NCBI GenBank assembly: GCA_028534125.1
Contig: CM052836.1
Coordinates: 4,712,001 to 4,776,000, forward strand
Source of the DNA: Lama glama
Taxonomy: Eukaryota
Direction of reading: 5' to 3'
DNA length: 64,000 nt
The translations under genes were made by a program, and so were the position numbers. This document shows positions 40,721 through 50,792 of the stretch, in pieces (the first letter of the stretch is position 1; the number at the start of each line of letters is the position of its first letter). The notes beneath the pieces were generated by a model that ran no database searches, was not told the DNA's origin, and was given only the letters and a program-made list of their open reading frames with translations.

Positions 40721-41679
40721 AGTCACCCCTAACTTTTTCTCCTCCTTTGATCCACAGATAGCTAGAAAATGCCCAGCCCTCAGTTGTATATTTTACCGGC
40801 AGAGTCACAGAAAAAGAGAAAAAGGCACTACATTGATTATCTCCTCTCCAGCCCTGGCCCCTGCTGCCCGACCCTTTTCCTCAGCTCTTTCTGACAGGTC
40901 CTCCCCATTCCTCCCTTATCTTTCCTTGTTTACTTTCTGTCTCCTGGCGCCCGGCCCCCAGTGGTGCCCCCTGCAGGCAGGTTGGAGAAATGAAGGTGCC
41001 CCAGGACTAAGGAGGCGCTGGCCCCAAGCCTGGCCGCGGGGGCGTCACTGGGTCCTCCGCGCTCATGGGCCCCTTGCCTCTGTCCCACTGAGTATGGCCT
41101 GCCCTTGAGTAGCCCAGCCCCCGAGGACAGAGAAGTCCACTGAGTGCACGTACCCAGCTGTCCTTTTCTTTTCCACAGGAGGATGGTGCCTTTTGGTTCA
41201 GTATTTACTCCGCTGCCTCACCCCTTATTTTAAGAAGGGGAGTTGAGAAATCAGTCCCAAATTCCCCTTGTAAGTGTGCTTGCGCTGGCTGATGTCAGTG
41301 AGCAGCCTTGGAGAGGAACCCCCCTGGTTCCTTCCGGGGTGGGGAGGGAGGGGACAGTCATTGTTGACTGCCACCCCTAGCCAGGGGATTCCTCAGTTAC
41401 CTCTCTCTCTGCCAGCAGCTCTCTGGGGGTTTATTCCACACCCCAAGTTTAAGGAACCTTCTTGGGGTTCTGGAGCTAGAATTCAGACCGACGTCGGCTT
41501 GGCTGGCTCTCGGCCTTGGCACCATGTGCCCACTGCTTCCTGACCCTGCTCTCCCCCGACCCCGGCCTCCCAGCCACCCCTCCCCACCTCCTCACATAAC
41601 CAGAGGTGAATCCATTACTACCAAGGCTGGGTGAAGACGTTACTAGAAAATGCTGGGCCTGGAAGGGGCCTTTATTTAA

Positions 41680-41838
41680 AAGTTCTTCAAACTGAAGGAT
41701 GACCAGAATTGTCTGGGGAATTAAAAAAATATTTTTGAATCCATGCATGTTGGGCGGTGCCCCGATTAGGTATTTTTAGACATTTCCCAGGTGATTTTGA
41801 TGATCAGCTGCTGTGCTGATCCTCCAGTTGAGGACACC
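41680..41838. mobile_element. MER5-like hAT remnant
   Basis: ttcttcaaactg...ccagaatt...tcccaggtgattttgatg...ccagttgaggacac. Confidence 0.5.
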
Positions 41839-42989
41839 GGGGACCAGAGAGATGAGATGCCACAGCCGAAGCCATGTGGCCCTGATGGAGCCAGTCAGGT
41901 CCTGAATCTGGTCTCCCGGCTCCTCTCTCTGGTCTCGTGTGTTTCTCGCACGGCCATCCCCCTCTGCTTGCAAGGGGCTGCTGGGACCCAAGGGAGGCCA
42001 CCCTCCAGAGGCTGGTCTTGCCACCCTAGGCCAGAACCCAGGAGGAGGAGGCACAGGAAGTTGCTTCAGACCTTTGCCAAGGCGGGCCTCTCCCCTGGGA
42101 AGGGGGCTGGCAGGAGCCACCTCCTGTCGACAGGCCAAGGTCGGCCCCCGGGGCAGGCTGCCTCTGTTCCACCTGTCGCTCAGCAGCTCAGACTCTGGGG
42201 TTGAGAAATGAAGCCAGATGTGGACTTTTCATCAGTAAGGAAAGCTCTAGATGTAAATAGTGATGGGAGGGACAGGTAACTCCAGGAAAGCATGCTCGTG
42301 ATGGGGGTGACATGTGGGGAAAGCTGGTCTCTGCTCAGGGAGGCAAGTCTCTACACAGGAAGAAATGAAGAACAAGACCATACATTTCAGTGCTAACTTG
42401 TAAAGATGAAGCATAAAAAGTGTTTAGGGGAGATGAGGAGGTGAGGGATGGAGGATTCTGGGGAGATTTCACTGTTGGGGCTGAATGGAACTTTCACAAC
42501 ATAGGTCTTAGATAAATGAGGACACAGGAGACTTTAGAACCAGAATGGGAACCTTTGAATAATAATAATACTTCTGTTTGACTTGGTCTCTGAGTTTACT
42601 AAGGGTTTTCACACACATTGTTTCATTTGATGCTTGCAACAACCCTATTTTTTAAATTGAGGATCCTGAAGCCCAGAGAGGTTAAGGGACTCATTAGATG
42701 TCACACAGCTTGCCAGTGGCTGGGCAGATCAGCTTGCTCCAAATCCTGCCCCTCATCTTGTCCCCCCTTTTCTAGGCATGATGAAATTCATGCGAATGTG
42801 TGTATGTGTGTATTGCTTGTGGGGTGGAATTACTCCAGAAAGGAGAAGAATCAAATTTTCCTTCACCCAGAGGTCCTGTGAAATTATGAAAATGGCCTGT
42901 TTTCTCTCACTCTCTCCCTGGGTACATCCTTTCCCTCTTTAGCATCCTTGTTAATCCCACTCTTTTCTTATTTTCTTGCCCTCCCCCAG

Positions 42990-43218
42990 ACACGAATGCA
43001 GAGTTTGAATCCAGATCCCAAAGCCCATTACACAAGTGTCTACGAAGCCCTCAAGAAAATCATACGGACTGAAGGCTTCTGGAGGCCCTTGCGAGGCCTC
43101 AACGTGATGATGATGGGTGCGGGGCCCGCCCACGCCATGTATTTTGCCTGCTACGAAAACATGAAAAGGACTTTAAATGCCGTTTTCCACCATCAAGGGA
43201 ACAGCCACCTAGCCAACG
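42990..43218 (+). CDS. SLC25A37: Mitoferrin-1 coding exon 2 (aa 71-146 plus 1 nt)
   Basis: Pyrimidine tract and acceptor ctcccccag|ACA. Encodes [76 protein letters not shown]. 229 nt, phase-1 donor ACG|gtattt. Confidence 0.97.
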
Positions 43219-43365
43219 GTATTTGCAAGCGTTTGTCTGGAGTTAGAAAGGTCTCTCCTTCAACAGACCCTTCCCCAGGGTTCTCCTCCCTGTGACCCAG
43301 CAGCCTGACGCCTCATCTCCGCCACGCTTGCTTATGAACCAAGGACTCCAGCTAGAGGAGTGTGT

Positions 43366-43413
43366 GCACACACACCCTGACACACGCACACATACACACA
43401 CACGCACGCGCAC
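43366..43413 (+). repeat. Imperfect (CA)n/(CG)n tract in intron 2
   Basis: Direct read: cacacacaccctgacacacgcacacatacacacacacgcacgcgcac. Confidence 0.9.
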
Positions 43414-45148
43414 TTTTTTCCATTCCCCTCCTTCGCTTTCTGAAGCCTGGGGAAAATCGGTGACAGAGAGTTTCAGTTTTCATTGTTGAGTGGTTTTGCC
43501 ATTTTGTTTTTGCTTTTTTAAAAAAAAAAAATTTCAAAGCAATTAATGATCAGATCTAGGAAAAAAAAACCAAAACCCTGAATAGAAACAAAACTTTTGA
43601 ATGCTGGATTCCAAAAAAAAAAAAAAAGCTATCTGGACAGCTTCTTTGAGACTATTTAAAACTGGCCCAACAGGTCTCAGCAACGTCAAGATCTAACTAA
43701 GCTTTAAAAGGTCAAGAAGTTTTATGGCTGATGAAGGATTTGCTCCGGCGCAGAGGACCTTCCCCACCTAAGCTTCTGGGAATTTGGGAATTTCACCTCT
43801 ATTCTCTTCCGTTTGTCTGAGTTGCATCTGTCTGCAAGCAAGGGCTGAAAGCATTTTCTTTGGTTGTTCCGAGGGGGCCAGGCGGGCGGGGGGCCTGAGT
43901 TGGCCGCTGGCCGGTCCGCCGGCTTGTCTGACTGGGCCCGGCTGAGCGGCTGTTTTAGCCTCCTGTGGGTTTGGCCTTTGTTTGGGTTTGGAATGGGACA
44001 GTGGAGAAGCGGGCTTAGGAGTCCTTTAACAAAATTCTTTTTCAGCAGCCGGGAGGTAGATGGAACTGGCAACAACCTTTTACCCCCTTCTCTGTTTTAC
44101 TCAAAACCAAAGAGCTTCTCTCCCATCAGCAAACCCCGGTGGTAGTAATGCTACCTGGCTGGTTTGCAGATATTCGCTCTGCTTTTTAAAAATCAGCCTC
44201 TAGTTGCATCTGTTGAAATGGCCACTAAGATCCTCTCTCTGATACTGTCCCCGAGTCCTTTTGCCTTTTTAACTCCTTGGTCACTGAACCCCTTGAAAGC
44301 GGTTTGTTGGAGCCCAGTTTATGTTAAGTTCGGCCCGGCGCTGTTACTGCTTCACAGCGGTGCGTGCTGTGGTTGTGCCTTTCTGGGGATAATCCGAAGT
44401 GCGTGTGGAGGAGGGAAGGGGTGATATATGCACTTCATGCATTTCTGAAGCCTTAGCCAGTATCCTGGCTCCTCCCACCTTCCAGCCATAATCTTAATTA
44501 CAGGGCCTTGTCACTCAAGAGGGAGGAACCCCAGAGCCAAAAGCAAAATTCCAGGCCTCAGTCAGGCTTTTGAAGTTCCTGCTTCTGGAAGCCAGGCCAG
44601 ATGAGACCCTCAGATGGGGTCAGTGGTCTCGGAGACGTGTCATCACTTTGCAAACTGACCCTGGAAATCCCCCATATGCAGATGTTCCTGATGGTCTTTT
44701 TATCTTGGCCATTAAAAACAAAAGCCTGAATTTTATTAATGAATGTTCTTAGAGATTTCTCTTCTTTTTCCCCCCTCTCTGCTCTGTACATGATAATTGG
44801 CCCTTTCAGTGGCCCCAGTTTAAGGGCAGAGGGAGTTAACATGTAGACAGAGGCAAAGGACGAGAGAGAATGAAAATCTCGGTGCTGGAAAAATCTGCTG
44901 AGTGTGGTTTCTGGTCCCAAATCCAGTGTTAGGAGGTCTAACCTTTTCCTTGAGAAAATGGGGTTCCTGCAGGATTGAAATGTGGGTAACGGTGCCTGTG
45001 TTCCCTTCCCCATTTTTATCCAGTATTTCCGTGATCACTTTAGCGTTTTAAGAGTCAGTGCTCACCTGGGTGGAGTTGGTAGTGAATTTTGTTTCTTAGA
45101 AAGCTAGGTCCAGGGTCCTGTCTGATTCTAGGTTCCAGGAACTGCCTC

Positions 45149-45288
45149 NNNNNNNNNNNNNNNNNNNNNNNNNNNNNNNNNNNNNNNNNNNNNNNNNNNN
45201 NNNNNNNNNNNNNNNNNNNNNNNNNNNNNNNNNNNNNNNNNNNNNNNNNNNNNNNNNNNNNNNNNNNNNNNNNNNNNNNNNNNNNNNN
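45149..45288 (+). other. SLC25A37: Assembly gap (140 N), the probable location of the 57-nt SLC25A37 exon 3
   Basis: The expected peptide (G)IAGSMATLLHDAVMNPAE was not found between exons 2 and 4. The gap lies ~1.95 kb after exon 2, matching the ~2 kb intron 2 I recall for orthologs. Exons 2 and 4 both have phase-1 junctions. Confidence 0.8.
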
Positions 45289-45444
45289 TGTGCAGCGGGG
45301 CTGGAGAGGTAGGGGGTGGGGACAGAAGGTCCGGCAAGGAGACTCCTGGCCCCCAGTCAGAATAAGCAGGATTCTTTACCATGTTGTCAAAGGTCTCAAG
45401 AAGGGACGTGAGTGGTTGAGCTCCGGTATTCCTGTTCTCTTAAA

Positions 45445-45632
45445 CGGAGCGACTCAGGATGTGATCCCCGGACCACAGCATCGGTATCTCCCGGGAGCAC
45501 GTTGAAAATACTGATTCTTAGTTCCCACCCCTGGCCTCCTAAATCAGAATCTCTGGGGGTACGAACAGGATATCTGCTTTCACAAGCTCTCCTGGGGACT
45601 CTTTTGCATGCTTTTGCATTACTCTGAAACCT
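45445..45632. mobile_element. MER5A-like hAT-Charlie element
   Basis: tgtgatccccggaccacagcatcggtatctcccgggagc...aaatcagaatctctgggggt...acaagctctcctgggga. Confidence 0.7.
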
Positions 45633-47122
45633 GTGTGTGCATGCGTGAGTGGGAGCGCACACACACACACACACACCTGCTGGCCCTTGTTAACCATTAT
45701 CAACCCTAGACAAATTTAGAAGGAACCTGTCAGAGGCCATTCATGAGGGCTTATGTTTAATTTGCTTTTTGAAAAGAAATGTGAAATTATTATGGAAAAT
45801 TTCAAACAGAGGCAAATGTAGGGAGAGGAGTATTATGAACCCGCATGTACGCATCAGCCAACTGCATAAATTAACGTTTGCCCATTTGGTTGTAGCTCTC
45901 TCCTCCCATGTTACCTTTTTCCCTCCTTTTGAGTTTTGGGAGCGTATAAAGCAATTCTTAGCTGTGCAGACGAGCTCTGTCGGCTTTGTCTGTATCTTCG
46001 GGTCCTTAGCCGACTGGGGTCTGGTCCTGGGCGGTCTTTTAGGTGGGTTCGTCTGTGTGAGGTGTGGGACCCTTTCCACTTTTCTCCCCTGTCTGAAATT
46101 GATCCCTTGCCAGGAGGGAGAACTGGAGGTAAAAGGTTCAATGTTTTAAGTCCTGTGTTATAAGTTCGTCTGTTTTTGTCTTTTAAGGTTAAATGTTATT
46201 TGCTCTCAGCTGCCTCCCGTGTCCCAGCAGATAGAAAACTTGCTCTGACCTTCAGGGGCGTGATGGGTCAGACTGGGAGGTGGACTTTTTTGTGTGTGTC
46301 TAAAGCGATTCAGATCGGGACCTGGCCAGTGACCAGTTAGTTAGGCCATGTTAACCAGGCAAGAATTTTAGTTTTTTTTTTAAAGGAAAAAAAAGTGAGA
46401 TTCAACTACCCCTCCTTCTGCCTGATGCTATACTGACTTAAGAATTTTATTTCTTTAAAAGTAAAGAAAAGCACACTGTATGTGTCCATCTTACAATGCG
46501 TGGGGACAGTTAAAACTCTAAGCCTAAGGGACCACAGTTGGCTCTCATTTGCCCCATGTCCTTTGAACCACCAGTTAGTTTTGTGTTAACCAAGACCAGG
46601 GTCTTCCCTGGAGTTTGTCACTGAACTTGAGTGGACAAGATTCTATTGTCTCTCCCAAGAGCCTTGAGACACAGAAGCTAAAAACACTATCAGAGGGACA
46701 GACCACTGAGGATAAAAAATGGAACATGTGTCCAGTGGACAAATTGAGACAGGAGGACGGAGGGGCCAGGAGCAGGGTTTAGATTGGCGACGTGTGGGAT
46801 GCCCGAGGCAGCTAGGACCTGGGGAGATCAGTGCATCTATCTAGTCTGAAGTGGCTGCCTGGTTCAGGGGCCACCCTAACCAAAATTCAGGCAGGAGAAA
46901 CTTCAGGAGACAGCCCCCTCCTGGCAGCGGGTCCCGGAGGCAGGTTTTTAAACGGGACAGCCTGGAGGTGGCCCTCGGCGGTTTCTCAGGCTGGGGCTGG
47001 GTGTGCGCTGGCCCCCGTGCACCAGTGTGTCTAAACTTGCTTGTTTCTCTTTACGGCTTGGCTTCCCATCTCACTCCGACGCGGGGTGGGGCCAAACCCG
47101 ACCACCCGCGGCCCGGCCACAG

Positions 47123-47643
47123 TCGTGAAGCAGCGTTTGCAGATGTACAACTCGCCGCACCGGTCGGCCCTCAGCTGCATCCGGACAGTCTGGGGGACGG
47201 AGGGCGTGGGGGCCTTCTACCGGAGTTACACCACGCAGCTGACCATGAACATTCCCTTCCAGTCCATCCACTTCATCACCTACGAGTTCCTGCAGGAGCA
47301 GATCAACCCTTACCGGGACTACAACCCCCAGTCCCACATCATCTCAGGCGGGCTGGCCGGGGCCCTCGCCGCCGCCGCCACCACCCCGCTGGACGTCTGC
47401 AAGACCCTCCTCAACACTCAGGAGAACATGGCCCTCAACCTGGCCAACATCAGCGGCCGGCTGTCGGGCATGGCCAACGCCTTCCGGACGGTCTACCAGC
47501 TCAACGGCCTGCCCGGCTACTTCAAGGGCGTGCAGGCGCGTGTCATCTACCAGATGCCCTCCACGGCCATCTCCTGGTCCGTCTACGAGTTCTTCAAGTA
47601 CTTCCTCACCAAGCACAAGCTGGAGAACCGAACTCTATACTAA
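47123..47643 (+). CDS. SLC25A37: Mitoferrin-1 terminal coding exon 4
   Basis: Acceptor cacag|TC GTG AAG. Encodes [23 protein letters not shown]...[14 protein letters not shown]...[42 protein letters not shown]. 521 nt, third carrier signature PLDVCK, TAA at 47641-47643. Confidence 0.97.
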
Positions 47644-48310
47644 AGGAACGGGGCCGCGGCAAGTGATTCCAGAATCTTCTGTTGGGCAAAGGCTCCCCCT
47701 GCCTGCTTCCATTCCCGTGCCCTCACACCAGGATTTCTTTCGGCAGGGTGTTGGCAGGGTGGGGCTTCCGCTCCCTGATGCCTTAGAGAGAGGAGGGGAT
47801 GGGACAGCCGCTGACCCGCCGGCCGTCCGCAGGGACATCCCAGCTGGCAGAAGGAGGGGAAAGACTTGGGAAGCGGAGGGAGAAGTTGCTTTTTCTCTCT
47901 CTCCCCCGAGAGTGATGCAGCTTTTCTGCTTCACTGTAGCATCTCCTCCCCTAAAATCATAGATCACACAGGAGGGAAGAAAATGTGCAGTGACTGAAAA
48001 CATTAAAGAGGAAAACAAAAATGATGTATATAGAAGTTCCAGTACACAGTATCAAATAGATGGATAATGTTTATCCTTTATTTTTCTATGGAGACATTTT
48101 TGGGTTTGTGTGTGTGCCTGTGTGTGTGTACAGACAAGTGTTAGAGCTGGGACTAGTGCTGGGGGTTTTTTTGTTTGTTTTTTGTTTTTTTAAACAGAGG
48201 GCTGAATTCTTCCATCGGGTTAAGCAAAAAAGGCACCAAAGTCATAAATTGCTCCACGTGGCCTAAAACTGTTGAGCCCCTCAGATGGAAGTTCCACTTG
48301 AATGTAAAAT

Positions 48311-48316
48311 AATAAA
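48311..48316 (+). terminator. Proximal polyadenylation signal AATAAA
   Basis: AATAAA with upstream TGTA motifs (48025, 48127, 48303) and a downstream U-rich tract. Confidence 0.65.
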
Positions 48317-50786
48317 TACAAGGTTTATATTTTGAATTTCTCTTTTCGTTGGGGAAAAGGTACGTTGAAAAAAAAAAGTCAAAATAATGATATATTACTT
48401 CTAACTACTTTTTTTTCCCCCTTTTATTCAATCAGTTGCCTTCATGTGCTTTCTCCCTTTGTCTTTACTAGAAATTCCAGGACCAAAGATCTGGCCCTGG
48501 GGCTTTTCCTCTTGCTGTGTGCACCCCTCCCCCACCCGACTGGCTGGCAGCATGGCCCACATTGGGAGGACAGTGGGCCCCAGTGGAATTAGGGTGGCGG
48601 GCCTTGGACTTATTGAGACCTTTTCCTTTCCTTGTGAGTGATGTGAATGTATGCCTTGCGGGGCCAGCACTTAGAAGCCCTTGAAATGCCAGCATTTAGC
48701 TACTTACAGGGCAGCAAGCGAGATAAGTCCTACCTTGATCCTCCGGCTTTAATGCTCCACCAACCTTTTACTCAGGCACTTCGGATATTCTTGTCTGTGT
48801 GGGTTTTGACGAAATCTCCCGATCTGTCTTATGTTTCCCTGTGCAGTTTTAGCGCTTTTAAAAACCACAACAAGTGTGTCTATGGCGTTTGCCTGCCCCC
48901 CTGCCCACCATGAGTTTCCCCGTCAGGCCGGGCCCCCCAAGTCCAGCTACTGAAGGCATCTGGGCCCCGGTGTCCAGTCAGGGTACCTCTGAGCCTTCTC
49001 CATCCTTGCTCGGTCCGTGCCCTCTGAGACCACGAACTGCCTTGTTTTCTGAAATGGTGCATCTGAGCCAGATGATCACTAAGAGCAAACGCAAGCCTGT
49101 TTCCTCTGGCCACACCCTTCCATGGGCTGCCAGGCCTCTCTCCAAGGGAAGACCCCTGGCTTCAGTTTCCTTTCCGATCCTGTCTTTCAGAATGAGCAGG
49201 CAGCGTGTGTGTGTGTTTCCATTCTCCCTGGCTTGGTCCTGACCTTCACCCTTCGCCCTTCTCCCTTCACCCTTGGCCTTAGGCAGGGTGAGTGTCATGC
49301 ATTCTCATCAGACTCAGACCTGGGCTCCGCTGGATGCCGTGACTCCTGGGAAGAGCTCAGGTGGCGCTGGGACAGCCGGCCTCCTGGGACCCTGTGCTTC
49401 CGGGGGTAGTTTTCAGGTCTGGGGCAGGAGCGAGCCACGTCAGGCAGCTCCCACACGTGCCTGCTGTGCGGGGTCTTCTGGGCTGAGGGGCCTGGCTGCT
49501 GACCTGTCCCCCTCAGAGTCAGCCCACCCCCACCCCCAGTGGAAATCAGTTGCAGCAAGCTCCTGTCCCACTCAGGGATGCAGAACACCCAGGGACGCCA
49601 GGCTGCTGCAGGAACTGTTTACATCTCTCTAAACATGCCTCCCCGCCGCCCTTAGAGTTATGTTCTGCAAACGGAAGAAAAACTAGATCAAATTCTAAGA
49701 TAATTACCACCCACCCCTTTCCGTCCACTTAAGAGACGCCGCACTGCTGCAGAATATTCCTTATTTCTGATGGGATTTTGTTTCCAGTGGTATTCTGGGA
49801 AAGCTCCTTTGGGTAGGGAGATGTGAGGAGAGGTGGTGTCTCAGGATTTCAGAGTCTGCAGGCTCAGAGTCCGGGGGTCTGATCCTGGCTTTCCTTTCGC
49901 AGTGCACAGGGATGGGCTGGGAAGTGGGGCTGATGCCACCTGTCCTGCCTTACCCGCTGGGTCTTCCTGAGGCTGAATGAGCGATGTATCTGCAAAAGCT
50001 TTGAAAGTTGTGAAGCACTAGACAAATGTAAGTGGTCATTAATTTCATAGGAATTAGCCACCTCCCTGCCTCGCCCTGAGCTCCAAAGCTTGTGTGACTG
50101 CCCCATGCGGACTGCAGCCCCATTGTTGCTTGTGACTTCGACTTTGCAAAGAACTAAATAGGAATGTGTTCTCCCCACACCCCGCCCCCGGTGGTGTCTT
50201 GGTCATTAGTGTCTTTGGTCTTTGGGGTGACGTCTGCCACCAGGCAATGCTACTTGAGTACAATACTCATCGTGTGTGTGACTCTTCTGCTCAGACCATG
50301 ATTTGAGATCCAACCACTTGATCTGAACTTTACTTTTATTTTTGAATTAAAAAATTGATTTTTTTTTTCAAAAGGGGTAAATCTTCAACCCGTGACTATT
50401 TTTTCTTCATTTTGGATTCAATCTATTTCCTGGCTTACATCCTTTTGTGTGGGTTCTTTTTCTTTTTCTTTTTAAAAAAATGCTGATGTTTTATTCCAAG
50501 TGCTGTCCTCCAAAGCCCCGTGAAGGCTGTATCTGCCACACATTGTTACGCCAAGAAGGTTTTATTTAACTTTTTATTTAAGGAAACCGAAGTGTACTGC
50601 TGCTGCCCGCCTGCCGGGGCGATGTGTGTGATCCCGGCGAGCAAGTGTTTCTGAAACGCCTGTAGTAAAAATCATGCTTTCTGCCTCTGGATTGTTGCCA
50701 GCTCTTTGAAGAAGGGGAGAAATGTGTGTTTACACGTGGGGATGTTTCCGACATGCTGCTACAGTTGTGACACTGGAGCTAGAGAA

Positions 50787-50792
50787 AATAAA
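50787..50792 (+). terminator. Distal polyadenylation signal AATAAA
   Basis: AATAAA followed ~15-40 nt later by the GU-rich sequence gtgttgtgggctctgtggtggg. Confidence 0.65.

Noticed and set aside
45149-45288. Pseudogenisation or exon loss of SLC25A37
   Set aside because: All visible exons are intact with correct phases, and the missing exon coincides with an N-gap.
46851-47666. 271-aa alternative-frame ORF and antisense ORFs over exon 4
   Set aside because: Shadow frames caused by very high GC3; the ORF starts in intron sequence at a non-ATG codon.
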